Shown: positions 11,782 to 22,739 of the stretch, in pieces | Numbering within the stretch: the first letter of the stretch is position 1 | Layout: each line of letters opens with the position of its first letter | From: Epithemia pelagica | Taxonomy: Eukaryota > Protista > Bacillariophyta | Reading direction: 5' to 3' | DNA: 64,000 nucleotides | Assembly: GCA_946965045.2 (NCBI GenBank) | Contig: OX337232.1 | Span: 372,001-436,000, forward strand | Notes under the pieces: generated by a model | What the model was told of the DNA's origin: nothing | Seen by the model: the letters and a program-made list of their open reading frames with translations, nothing else | Databases searched by the model: none | Translations under genes and position numbers: made by a program

Positions 11782-12309
11782 TTACGTCCGCCAAGGCAAA
11801 GAGCTTCCCTGTTCGGCCGCCGTCTGCTTCTTGAGCCAAGCGACAGCCCCATCATTCAATTCACTTGGGCGGGATAAACTCATCGCAGTCGCGCCTTTCT
11901 TGGCATCAATTAAACCTTGAATTTCAGCCTTCTTCTTTTGGTTGTCTGTGTCGAGCTTCTTGAGCTCCAACTGAAAGATTTCATTAGACGCTTGAACTTT
12001 GTCCATCTTGGCGGAAGCAACAAAAGCAATCACTAATGGCACGACGACAGCAATGGCGTTTGCTGCGTTTGCTTTTTCCATTGCAATCTTGTTAGACTTT
12101 TGGACTGCCTCGACCTTGGCGACTTGGAGTTCTTTAGTGTTCATGTCAGACGGCTTTTTCGAACTTGCACGACACAAGGTCGTGTGAAAATTCTGGTTAA
12201 TAAAAGGACGGGTCGGCAGGAATGCCACCGTCGCCTTTGCACTAAGAGACAGCGCCAACAGCAAAGTTCCCAACAGGGAAAGAAACAGAGAATGCCATTT
12301 GCTTGTCAT
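11782..12309 (-). CDS. Small putative plastid-targeted single-TM coiled-coil protein, family copy 1
   Basis: ATG at 12309, hydrophobic signal peptide then ATVA-FLPTRP, TM AIAVVVPLVIAFVA, C-terminus NDGAVAWLKKQTAAEQGSSLPW shared with 15857 and 47713 copies. Confidence 0.65.
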   Translation of the reverse strand: MTSKWHSLFLSLLGTLLLALSLSAKATVAFLPTRPFINQNFHTTLCRASSKKPSDMNTKELQVAKVEAVQKSNKIAMEKANAANAIAVVVPLVIAFVASAKMDKVQASNEIFQLELKKLDTDNQKKKAEIQGLIDAKKGATAMSLSRPSELNDGAVAWLKKQTAAEQGSSLPWRT

Positions 12310-12418
12310 CTTGCTAAAGAGGGGACACAAACAATTCACTTTATCAGAAACTCTTCCGGAATTTGCACGGCTATTCTTGGCAACAAACGTTTTAATCTCA
12401 AGAAATGGCGACAACGAA

Positions 12419-14678
12419 GACATTCTTTCGATCTACAGAGACTGATAGCTGGGGTAAATGGTTCCCGTTCAAGTCCATTCTTACAAAAATGGATTGGTTG
12501 CTGATAACTCACAACATGACAACTAATATCACACTTCAGCCATATATAGAAGGCTAGAGATTGCAAACCATCTTTTGGAAGGTGCGTGGCCATGACACAT
12601 CAGAATCCGATGGCAAAACAAAAAACAGAGGCGATATCAAAAACAAACCTTTTTTTCGTAGCAACTAGCAACAAAACTAGATCTTGTCTCTCACTGCGAC
12701 AACAAGAAAGGGTTGAAGAGTGTGTGGACTGCGCTCAAGTTTGAAAGAGTATGCAACAAGCAACAAGCAACAACAACAAGGCTTTGTGTGGTGGTGATAT
12801 CGAATTCGAAAGGGCCATGGTGGTGGTGACGGCACGATCGTCCTTGTTGTGTTCCTACCTTTCTCGTTGTCGTTGTCCACTCTCGATTCTGGGTGTGTCC
12901 ACTCCACAGCAGTGGCTGTTTCCCTTCGCAATTGTTCGCAACAAGAACAACAAGACTTGCAGCAACAGCACCAGGAGTCCGTCTTCTTCTCGAGAACGAC
13001 CGTATTCTTCGTCTTCTTCCACAGTGGTGCATCGTCGTCGGAGTGGTCGAGGCAGCATCAAACGGTCCAGTCTGGTATCCGCGGTAGCCTTGTGGTATTG
13101 GTGTTGGACCTCGTGTGCCATTCGTCCCGTGCAGTGTTGGGCTTCCAGTCCTCTTTCTGTCTCTTTTTGGAGTCGTACCGCGTTGGTTCGACTCCAGCAT
13201 TCTCGCATTGCTCGGCTTCGAGGAGGAGGTAGTAGTGCCGGAGCCAATTGTCTTCCAAGCCTTACAACAACGCGTCTAGCATCTACCACCACGAATCCTA
13301 CAACAACAACAACAACGACCATATCCCCTCCCAGCATCATGTCGTCCTCCTCGGCGGCGGAGAAATTGGCCGCCTTGCGAGCGCAACTGCAAACGCACCA
13401 CATGGATGTCTACCTGGTTCCCAGTGATGATCCACATTTGTCGGGTACGTAATAGAGTCTTGGTTGTCTTGTTTGTGTGTGTGTAATTCTCTCCACGAGA
13501 GAAATCTTGGTGGTGGTCTCGGTATTGGAATGAGGCTGGATTGAATTTGGATGCGAGTGCTTGGGTCTTGCAAAAACAAGGTTTGCCGACCACCTTGACC
13601 ATTCCGCAATGGTTGGCCCAACAGGCCGCCTTGTATTATAGAAGCCATGGCATGGCCTTGCGGATTGGTATAGATCCCTACGTTCACACTGCCTCCTTTC
13701 CCAGTGATTTGCAAGCCGCCTTGAAGGAGGCCCAACAGGGCCCGGAACCACCACCCAAACAGGACGACGACCAGGATGACGACGATGCCTTTATTGGAGA
13801 ATTGGTCACCTTGTCCAGTGACGACCTTGTCCAGTGACGATCTGGATAAACCGCACCTTAGTTTGGTCGATGTCATTTGGAAGGATCGTCCCACCTTGCT
13901 GTTGTCGCCCTTTCGGGTTCATGCCTTGGAACATGCCGGTGTCTCCTGGCAGGAAAAGGTGGCTCGCGTCCGACACGCCATGGCCCAAGGTGGCAATTCC
14001 AAGACACAGAAATCATCGTCCACTCCACATCCTTGTACCTTGGCCGTGTTTGGGACACTGGACGATGTTGCCTATTTACTCAATGTCCATGCGACTGGAG
14101 ATAACGATACGGACGTGCGTGTGAAAGAAAAGGACAGAAAGAGAGAGAGAGAACGAAAGAGACTTGGACTGCGTTTGAGGGAAATTCATCTCACGAAAAT
14201 GAGTACTGTTTCTTTTTGATTCCCTCTTCTTTTTGTTGTTTCCTTATGGACTCGTGAATGAATGAAACGCTCGTTTTGGTTTCTTTGTTTGTTGGGTGGA
14301 CGTGTGTTTCTGGAATCAATCTTGGATTCGTCGTTTGGGTAACACCCTACACAAACATACAGTTGTCCGGTGGACATTGCCTATGCGACCATCTCGAACG
14401 ATCAAGTGTGTTTGTATTGCGATTCAGCCAAAGTGATGGATCCGGCCATTCAAGAGCATTTGCAAGATGTGACGGTCCGACCCTACCATGCCATTGTGCC
14501 CGATATCCTGGCGCATTGTGCCGCCGACGAGACGAATCATTGCGTCTGGTTCGGTCCGAAACGATCCAATTTTGCCATTCGTCAAGCCATTCGCACGGCA
14601 CGACTGATGGATTACAAGAATCGGGCCGAATTGCAAGGCGTGCGCACATTGTGGATGGAGCCGCCATGGCCGAATTCA
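12419..14678 (+). repeat. Inverted duplicate of 60898-63542 (aminopeptidase P upstream region and 5' gene part)
   Basis: Reverse-complement identity, e.g. 12421 cattctttcgatctacagag vs 63521-63540; ends at gccgaattca (14678/60898). Confidence 0.92.
12817..14678 (+). pseudogene. Xaa-Pro aminopeptidase P pseudogene (internal deletion, frameshift, 3'-truncated)
   Basis: A ~450 bp deletion at ~13520 fuses intron 1 to mid exon 2. A 16-nt tandem duplication (13809-13840) shifts the frame. The catalytic M24 domain is absent. Confidence 0.9.
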
Positions 14679-15856
14679 ATTTGTGTGACTTGTTTCGGTC
14701 GTCGGTGAATGGTCGTAGTATGACGCGAACACATTGATCTACTATGCTTCCAACAAATCCTCTTTTGAGACTAGGTCCGATAGCGGTGGAGATTACCATT
14801 AGAATTTCCCACGGCGCGGGAGTATTCCGACAATATGAATAGTTAAACATGTTTAAAGCGAGCAAAACAGAATTGAGAAACACGAAGCAGAAAGAAACAA
14901 TCCAGCACCAAATTGAGTGCCGCGGCACCCCTCTGGTCGATGGTCCACTGGCGAGTCGATCAAGACGACCGCAGTGCTAGGATCTGTCTCCGTAGTATTC
15001 GTTTCTTGGGACACAAGCGAAGCAGTCGGAAGGTTGGGTCCATTCCTTCATGTCACGTTGAATGGGTGTGGTTGTGAGGACATCATCATTGGAACAAATG
15101 GGTCGAAAAGTGTCCAATTGTGTTCAATCAGACGGCGGGTTTGATGGGAAATACGGTCGCGGTTGCTCATGATTGTTGTTCCCCAACGACCAGACAATGA
15201 CAGAGGACACCCAGTTTGACTTGTGGTGGTACTAGAAGCATTCGTGTTTTCACGCTTGTTGTTGTTGTTCTTGTGGTCGTCGTTGTAATTTGCTGGTTCG
15301 TGGTAGGAATCTTGGTACAAGGCCACTTTGAAAAGCGTCCTCGTTGTATAGTACTCCGTGGGCGTGCGTAGGCGTATTCATGCCCGTATCGTGATGGTCG
15401 TCGTCCGTGGTTGGTTCCGTTTTGACTGGTGGTGATGGGTCTTGATAATGCACTTGTACCTGCAAGTTTCCATAGGTCTCGGCCTGGACTCGGTATAGTG
15501 GACCAGGTCGGCCTGTGGATGTTGACAAATCAGTTCGATCAGCAAGCGATCCCACAATTAGAACCAGCCAACCATGCTCACAGTGATCAATTCATGATGG
15601 TGCTGTTGCCCCCCTGGTTGTGCTTGTTGTTGCCGCAACAAGGTGGATGTCAGGTCCCATTCACACGATACTGGGAAGAGATTGCCATTCGCTTCTTCTT
15701 GTGCACCCAACAAAGTCCTGTGCTTCAGTTCTTTGTACTAATCGTTATATCTCTTCTATTTTATTCAGTTGGAGGCCAAAAAATCTATTCGCATAATTTC
15801 CCGTCGGATCGTCCCAAAAACCCCATTTGTTCTGCCATGGTCTCGACGTAGGACTT

Positions 15857-16423
15857 TTACGTCAGCCAAGGCAAAGAGCTTCCCTGTTCGGCCGCCGTCT
15901 GCTTCTTGAGCCAAGCTACAGCCCCGTCATTCAATTCACTTGGGCGGGATAAACTCATCGCAGTCGCGCCTTTCTTTGCATCAATTAAACCTTGAATTTC
16001 ACCCTTCTTCTTTTGGTTGTCTGTGTCGAGCTTCTTGAGCTCCAACTGAAAGATTTGGTCTTCCTTGCGCATAGCATCCATCTTAATGTTTGCCATATAT
16101 GCAATGCCCAAAGGTACAACTGCAGAAATTGCAACAGAAATCGCAGCAATCGTATTTGCCGTGCCAGCAATAGTATTTGCAGTTTCAGCTTTGTCAACAG
16201 ACTGTTGGGCTGCCTCGACATTTGCCACTTGGAGCTCTTCGGCGTTCATCTCGGACGGCTGTTTCGGTTCTTTGTCATCGGAGTTCGTGCTAGAAAGACA
16301 CAAGTTTTTGTAAGAAATCTGGGCCCTCAAAGGACGGGTCGGCGAGAATGCCACCGTCGCTTTTACAGAAAGAAGCACGGCAATCAGCAAGCTTCCCAAC
16401 AAGCAACACCATTTGTCTCTCAT
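15857..16423 (-). CDS. Small putative plastid-targeted single-TM coiled-coil protein, family copy 2
   Basis: ATG at 16423, signal peptide + ATVA-FSPTRP, TM, conserved C-terminal NDGAVAWLKKQTAAEQGSSLPWLT. Confidence 0.65.
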   Translation of the reverse strand: MRDKWCCLLGSLLIAVLLSVKATVAFSPTRPLRAQISYKNLCLSSTNSDDKEPKQPSEMNAEELQVANVEAAQQSVDKAETANTIAGTANTIAAISVAISAVVPLGIAYMANIKMDAMRKEDQIFQLELKKLDTDNQKKKGEIQGLIDAKKGATAMSLSRPSELNDGAVAWLKKQTAAEQGSSLPWLT

Positions 16424-16951
16424 TTTGCTAAAGAAGGGACACAAACAATTCAATTGATCAGAATTTTTTTTTTAATTTGCACCGCTATTCTTGGCGACAG
16501 ACGTTAATCTCAAGAAATGGCGACAACAATGGTGGGTTGAAAGAGAGAAGAGAGACTCAGAGCTCAGAGGATTGTCGGTGGAAATCGCCACGTCAGTGTG
16601 TTCGAGCTGAACAACTCGTATTTTTGCGCGACCAAGAACTAGTCGAGATAAGCCCCTTTCTGGGAGGCACACTTCCTATTGGTTGGAGAGATTGGAGATG
16701 GTCTGACTCAGCGTCAGGTTTGAGGGAAGGTAGGTGGTGGGGGTGCTAGTGGTAGGAGGTAGGTCAAATTGTCCCCGTGGGAATGATCCCATCTACCTCC
16801 CTGGTCCCCGTCTATAAAAATCGTGACAGGAACCGGTCTAATAGGTTTACGGTTTACATGCGTGTGAAGTGTCTCCTGTCCCCGTGGGAGTACCGACTGC
16901 CAGGTTAGATAGACTCCCATGTATTCCCGTGCACGGGAATAGGTCACGATA

Positions 16952-17567
16952 TTGTCTAGGAGTACTTCTATCAGCATTCCCTATCAAGAAGATTTGTACA
17001 AATACAACGATTCTGTATGGGGTGTCGAAAAGAAACGACTGGTCGAGTCTGGTGAAAATCCCTGTGGGACAGTTCCAGTTGCCTATACAGAGGATGGCCA
17101 TCATTTGAGCCAGCACATTGCCATGGCTCGGTACTTTGCCCGTATCAACCAGTTGGATTCGGGAGATGCCTGGAAGGATTACGCCCAAGATGTCATTGCC
17201 GATGAATATCAGGGATTCCGCAATATCTGGGTCGAAAAGTCTTTTGCAAGCGCGGAGGAGCAAAAGGCGGAATATGTCTCCAAGACTGTACCCGAGCTAT
17301 TGACCAAGTTTGAGGCCCTGTACAAAAAATACAAGACGACGGACAAGGATCAAGGATCAAGCATATTTGAGCACCAGTCCATCTGGTTCTGCCTTGTGGG
17401 GAGATACAGCCATGTTTAGCATTTTGTACGATCACATTCAATTGGGTCACTTTACGGAAGAAACGTTAACGTCCTCGTACCCGCACTTATCCGCCTTGAA
17501 CAAAACATTCATGGCCATTCCAGCTGTCGCAGAATGGATCCAACGCAAAACACCATCTACAAACTAA
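16952..17567 (+). pseudogene. Glutathione S-transferase, frameshifted copy 1
   Basis: NPCGTVPV, LSQHIAMARYFAR GST N-domain motifs. A 7-nt duplication GGATCAA (17347-17360) breaks the frame relative to the 48991 copy. Confidence 0.85.
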
Positions 17568-18163
17568 GATGAAATGTTTATAGAGAGAATAAATAATGAA
17601 TCGTCTGATTCATTGTTGAAATAAACAAATAAAATAACATTACTGAGACTGTTTCGAGGGCGTAGGAGTCGAGAGATTATCCAATGGCCCTATGTAGTAG
17701 TCTTGAGAGTGAATATCAGTGCCGTCACATATTCGTTGTTGGCATCCAAATGCGGACTCCATCATATATATTTCATGCAAGCTACTACCAAAGTTCGAAC
17801 TCCCAACCACAACATACAATGGATCGAGGGAGGTTGGATTGGGTTGGAACCCCAAATCGAATCCCTCGTAGCTTTCTGTAGTATAGTTTTAAACCAAACC
17901 AATGGGGATTTCTACGGTCTTTATAACGATTCGTTCTTGTAGAATCCATTGGGACTCGTTCGGTACGCCATGGCATTGTGAAATGGCAACACACTCGGTT
18001 CATGCCTCGGGTCCGTTGTGTGCGCATGTATCACATTTCATGTTTGACGTGTGTGTGCCACGAACACCCTCCTCCTCAATGGAAGGCACCATTGGCTGGC
18101 ACACTGGTTGTTCTTGTTATTCTTGTTCGTGTTGTTCGTCGACCCTTGTGATTGTGGTTGGAA

Positions 18164-18907
18164 CTATCCTCCGAATCGGGGATCATTGTTGTTGTCGGGT
18201 GTGTAGGTAATGCCCTGTTCGGCCATGACTTGTTCGAGCCGACCTTGAATGGCTTGTGCTTCCGCCGTATTCCCCAAGGCGACTTGACGTTTCAATTCCA
18301 ATTTCAATTCTTGCAGCGTTTGGAGTGTGGCCTCCAACTCTTGGTCGTCGTCTTGTTGTTGTTGTTGTTGTTGTTGTTGTTGCCCCGCCACTTCGACAAA
18401 GTCGAGTTGGGGCAATTTCAACCAGGGCAAGGGATCTTGTTGCACGGCCCGATCCTGGTCGTCCAACAGTGGCCGAAATGCGGAATTGGAATAGCCACGA
18501 CCATCTTGCAAAAAGGCTCCCAATCCTTGATCGCCCTCCAATTGTTTGTTAATGAGACCTTGGGCCGTACTGCCAATCGCCAATGCCAAGACTACCAGGA
18601 ACCACGGAGAGATGCTGTCCAGGGTAATGATTGGATCCATGGAAGACGAAGAAGCATCGTCCAATAGATTGCGAGCCACACGAAACGAGTTTTTTCGGAA
18701 AGAGGCCGAATGGCAACAAAAAAAAGAAACAGGGGGTCGACGACGGGTTGATGTGGTTGTGGAGCCAACGGCGGTTCCTCGTGTGGAAGAAGGAACGACG
18801 ACCGGGACGGAAAACGCGTGGACCGAGGCACCCGCCAACAAGCGCCAAAAGACGCCGACGCCGAGAAATGATGACACCATGACCAACGGGTTGGCAAGAC
18901 GACGCAT
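18164..18907 (-). CDS. Hypothetical plastid-targeted membrane protein
   Basis: Signal peptide ending ASVHA-FSV, Ser/Thr/Arg-rich transit-like segment, one TM (PWFLVVLALAIG), poly-Q and C-terminal coiled coil. Confidence 0.65.
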   Translation of the reverse strand: MRRLANPLVMVSSFLGVGVFWRLLAGASVHAFSVPVVVPSSTRGTAVGSTTTSTRRRPPVSFFCCHSASFRKNSFRVARNLLDDASSSSMDPIITLDSISPWFLVVLALAIGSTAQGLINKQLEGDQGLGAFLQDGRGYSNSAFRPLLDDQDRAVQQDPLPWLKLPQLDFVEVAGQQQQQQQQQQDDDQELEATLQTLQELKLELKRQVALGNTAEAQAIQGRLEQVMAEQGITYTPDNNNDPRFGG

Positions 18908-19702
18908 GGTTGGAAAGTTTCTGTGTTTGCCAGTTCTATCGTACGCCTCTCTCTTATAGGCACCACAACGCTGATGGCAAGTGCGTGCTCTTCACGATAC
19001 ATACGGATAGTTTCTTAGTCTCGCTAGGAAGGAACGCCGCCATGGTGGACTTCAACCCAAGATCCAACGATTGGGTGTGTTCACGAACGGGACCAGGAGC
19101 AAAGCTTCAAGCGTCCGGTTTAAGATACAAATGTAATTCTTATTATTCGGAGGCCGCTTCTGACCGCTCAAAGAGTATGCAATAGCTTTTCAGTCGCGCG
19201 AAACCAATGGTACTTTCAGTTCTACAGTGCTATGTTTTGTACTAGTCGATGCTACTCAAACGAATGATCGGTCTCGACGTCAGGCATTACGTACAACAGC
19301 GTCCTCTCCGGAACACGAATGAGAATTGCGCAGTTGGATGATCCCAGCAGGTGATGGCCCGTGACACGAATCCATCAACCCAACGAAATTCGAGTTGTCG
19401 GCGAAGTGCGAAGAGAGACATGTCTTCTCTTCGGTGGGAAAGTGGGTGCTTACTGAAACTAAGTACAGGACCTAACATAACGACAACATAACCAATAAGT
19501 TTTAGTTTAAGCCTGTTGGACGCACTGAAACCAAAATTGAAATTTCACCTACTCAAACACAACGCAATGGCACTTCGTCAAAATGATTTATATAGACTTA
19601 GGAACTGGATATAGGATATAAACGCGAGCACCGCTTTCCCCCCGAAGAGTTCTTTTTCTTCCCTCCAACCCTCCCTCTGCCGTGTAACCGCAAAGAAGAA
19701 CG

Positions 19703-20875
19703 ATGTTTGAAGATGCGGTTCTGCTACTGCTCCTTGAGGAGCTTGGTGATGAGGAAGACGTAGTTGAATGGCAGGATGACAATGCGTTCCTAGGACGTGC
19801 TGTCATTCGTAGGGGAGCGTTGATGATCCCAAGAAAATCTGCATTTATGCATCTGTATAGGTCGATGCAGGATGACGCTCTCATCACCCTGTGTGGTCTC
19901 GACCATAGAGCTTTTCACCTGTTATTAGGCCTGTTCCGCCCAATGTTTGATGCGTATACTCCATATCCACAGTCGCACACTAACCCAGGCCACATGCGAC
20001 GTCTATCAGGGAAGCCAGGAGGGCGACCAAGGATGATCAATGCTGTTATGGGCCTTGGTTTGGTGTTGGCATGGACGCGTACTAGAGGATCACTTAAAGT
20101 CTTGCAGTTGATATTCGGCCTCACAGCCAACCCATTGTCCGTGTGGTTGCGATTTGGTAGGAGGATTTTGGTCAAGGTGCTCGCAGGCCACCCCGATGCT
20201 CGTGTTGAGCTTCCCTCTCCACAAGAAGTAACTCGCTTCAAACAACTCATCCGCAACAAGTATCCAAATCTTGTCAATATCTGGGCGGCTATGGATGGAC
20301 TAAAACTCCTTGTGGCCGCAAACGAAGCGGTACAGAATATGTTCTACAATGGGTGGACTCATGATCATTATGTGTCTAACCTTTTCGTGTTTTCGCCAGA
20401 TGGCCTGATCCGGGCCTGTCTCTTAAATGCGCCCGGATCATGGCATGATTCAACTCTGGCATCGGTATCATCTATCTACGACAAACTAGATGAAATCAAC
20501 GACCGGGAGAGGACCCATGGTGGTGCACGAGTGGTGGTTGATTCAGCTTTTGGACGGGAAAGTCGACCGTCACTCCTCAAATCACACCAGACAAACTTTG
20601 ACCAAGATGGCAATGTCCGAATGAATCAGAACATTTATCGCGCGGCAACATCAGTCCGTCAATTGTCTGAATGGGGAATGAGGGGCCTTCAAGCCTCATT
20701 CCCCCGCTTGAAAGACAGACTGCCCTATGAAGAAGTTGGTGAACGGCGCATCATCCTCCGTATGATTGTTTTGTTGTATAATTTTCGTGCCTCAACAGTT
20801 GGATTCAACCAGATCCGAACTGTCTACATGCCAGAACTTTGTCAAAATGCTTTGCAAGCAATGAATAACTACTAG
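19703..20875 (+). CDS. Harbinger-type DDE transposase (DDE_Tnp_4-like)
   Basis: WAAMDG (D), APGSWHDS (D), VVVDSAF, VRQLSEWGM (E); uninterrupted 390-aa ORF within TIRs. Confidence 0.92.
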   Translation: MFEDAVLLLLLEELGDEEDVVEWQDDNAFLGRAVIRRGALMIPRKSAFMHLYRSMQDDALITLCGLDHRAFHLLLGLFRPMFDAYTPYPQSHTNPGHMRRLSGKPGGRPRMINAVMGLGLVLAWTRTRGSLKVLQLIFGLTANPLSVWLRFGRRILVKVLAGHPDARVELPSPQEVTRFKQLIRNKYPNLVNIWAAMDGLKLLVAANEAVQNMFYNGWTHDHYVSNLFVFSPDGLIRACLLNAPGSWHDSTLASVSSIYDKLDEINDRERTHGGARVVVDSAFGRESRPSLLKSHQTNFDQDGNVRMNQNIYRAATSVRQLSEWGMRGLQASFPRLKDRLPYEEVGERRIILRMIVLLYNFRASTVGFNQIRTVYMPELCQNALQAMNNY

Positions 20876-20929
20876 TGACTTCCGCATGAACTACTACTAA
20901 TTGTTACGTTGTTCATCGTGTTGTTCATC

Positions 20930-21038
20930 TTTACCGCCCTTTCCAATTACTCCTACCATAGAGGTAGATGTTTACCGCCCTTTCCAATTACTCCTACCAT
21001 AGAGGTAGATGTTTACCGCCCTTTCCAATTACTCCTAC
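20930..21038. repeat. 41-bp tandem repeat, 2 full units plus a 27-bp partial unit
   Basis: tttaccgccctttccaattactcctaccatagaggtagatg at 20930 and 20971; partial at 21012. Confidence 0.95.
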
Positions 21039-21861
21039 TAGATTGGTTCACAACTATAGACGAAGGTGGTCCATCTCCACCATGATCCGAAGCTGTCACA
21101 TTCGCCACATCTTGTTCCTGTTCTTTTTGGAAGAGCTGGGTCCGGCGGATTTGGGCCTCTTCAGCTTCGATTCCCAATTCCTCGTCATCCACACCTTCGC
21201 CTGCATCCACACGCGCACAGATTTCCTGCATAATATATTTGGCGCGTTTTACTTGTGGCGGGATGGAAGGATCGCCTGTAGGAACCTTCTTATTATGGAG
21301 GGAATTAAATTTCCTCCTGAGCGAATCCTTGTCTCGCTCGCGACCAGGGTGTTGTTTGTTGTACACCTCGGTTACACCGTCCCATTCATCTGATGAAGCA
21401 GGAAGACGGTCCTGTAGGATATCGAGTAAGGCATCCACCTCAGAGAATTGGTACGTAGGCCCTTTCGTACGACCTGCACCACCATTGCCACGGTGTTTAG
21501 GGACAACGGGTGGAGGTGGAGGTGGAGGAGGAGCTGCTGTCTTGGAGGCCTTCGGCTTCTTTGTCTTGGGGACTTGTTTCTTGTTCTTCTTCCTCTTCTC
21601 CTCTTGCTCTTGGATCTTGCGCTTGAGGGCAAGGCGAGGAGATTCTCGCCTGGTCACAAGAGCAGGTGCTTCTGACTCCGATGATGAGGAGGGAGAGTCG
21701 GGTTGTGCCACCTTTGCAGCATCTTGGCGTTGAACTTCCACCGAAACATCGATTGCATCTTCTTCTTGAGGAATGACTTCGTGGGAGGAAGGCATCATGG
21801 TTGAATCCTCTTCACTCGAGTCCGACTCCAACAAGGGTCGTCGGGAGTCTGCCACTTCCAT
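21013..21861 (-). CDS. Harbinger accessory Myb/SANT-like DNA-binding protein (DUF6818-like)
   Basis: YQFSEVDALLDILQDRLP..DEWDGV..RDKDSLRRKFNSL..PTGDPSIPPQVKRAK trihelix/Myb-like segment; second ORF inside the TIRs. Confidence 0.8.
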   Translation of the reverse strand: MEVADSRRPLLESDSSEEDSTMMPSSHEVIPQEEDAIDVSVEVQRQDAAKVAQPDSPSSSSESEAPALVTRRESPRLALKRKIQEQEEKRKKNKKQVPKTKKPKASKTAAPPPPPPPPVVPKHRGNGGAGRTKGPTYQFSEVDALLDILQDRLPASSDEWDGVTEVYNKQHPGRERDKDSLRRKFNSLHNKKVPTGDPSIPPQVKRAKYIMQEICARVDAGEGVDDEELGIEAEEAQIRRTQLFQKEQEQDVANVTASDHGGDGPPSSIVVNQSSRSNWKGR

Positions 21862-22739
21862 GGTGCAAGGGAATGTGGAGGGAAGGGGGAGGAGAGAGGT
21901 GTATCGAGGCTAGAACCTATCTGTTGGGGGAAACCAAAGACCAAAGTTGTATGTATTCATCAGATCTATATATTAAATAGAACACCAGCCGCTATCTTGC
22001 ATGCGTTGGGGATCTTGTGTTGTTGTTGTGTTTAGGTTTCTCGTTTGCTCGACGGGGCTGAGTGCCGAGCATTTTTGGTCTCCAAAATGAAACTAAAGAG
22101 GTTATGGGCCCAATGCATTTATGATTATGTCGGTCAGTTATGTTGTTATACTTGTTTCAGTAAGCACCCAGTGCAAACGTTGCTGCAACGACCAATGGTC
22201 TTGGACCAAACAGAGAAGGAAGAATCGAATTCAATTGTTGTCAATTGGCAAACAGACACACATTTCGGAGATACCGAAAAAGTGAGTCACGTACGATCCA
22301 TGATGGGTGAGCACCATCAACTGAGAGAAAGAAAAAGATACTTCTGGATCGGATGAATGGTGGTGGTTTCTGGTGTCCATGTAGAGTGTCGTCGAATCGA
22401 ATCGAGACTGACCCAAGTTCCTTCCCTCCATTGCCACAGAATTCTGAACACTAGTAGAACAATCGAGAGAAACCGAACCACCCACACACAAGAGAGTGGT
22501 ACGTACGTCCATTCTGTATTGTTTCTCGAGGCCCATTGGCATGTCTCCCGAATGAATCCTTGCTGGATGGATTCGACGTGACAACGACTGACCCCCCTCT
22601 GTCTGGTTGGTTGGTGTTCTGTGGTGTGTGTACGTGTGTCTCCACACACAGAGAGAGAGAGAGAGAGAGAAGGTTTGTCATTGAGGGTGCGACTCTCTAC
22701 TCGATTGCGGTAGTAGTAGTAGCGTCCCATCTTGGATGA

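Larger units (their letters stand above)
1..17830 (+). repeat. Segmental duplication block A (paralogous to 27526-~49910); extends beyond the left window edge
   Basis: Position 1 (tcaagtcaagtatgt) matches 27526. Gene order eEF3-like, TOP3B, LRR-like, AapJ-like, small plastid gene, GST is the same in both blocks. Similarity fades near 17830/49910. Confidence 0.9.
19444..22169 (+). mobile_element. PIF/Harbinger (PHIS superfamily) DNA transposon, 2726 bp, apparently complete
   Basis: Perfect 16-bp TIRs GGGTGCTTACTGAAAC (19444-19459) / GTTTCAGTAAGCACCC (22154-22169), flanked by a 3-bp AGT duplication (19441-19443, 22170-22172). Convergent transposase and Myb-like ORFs. Confidence 0.93.

Noticed and set aside
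15048-15555. Minus-strand ORFs with coding-like composition
   Set aside because: Short, frame-broken, no recognisable motif
17730-17815. Possible tRNA (GTTCGAAC T-loop-like motif at ~17793)
   Set aside because: No convincing acceptor, D or anticodon stems could be paired
20930-21038. 41-bp repeats as a CRISPR array
   Set aside because: Units are head-to-tail with no unique spacers, there are no cas genes, and the context is eukaryotic
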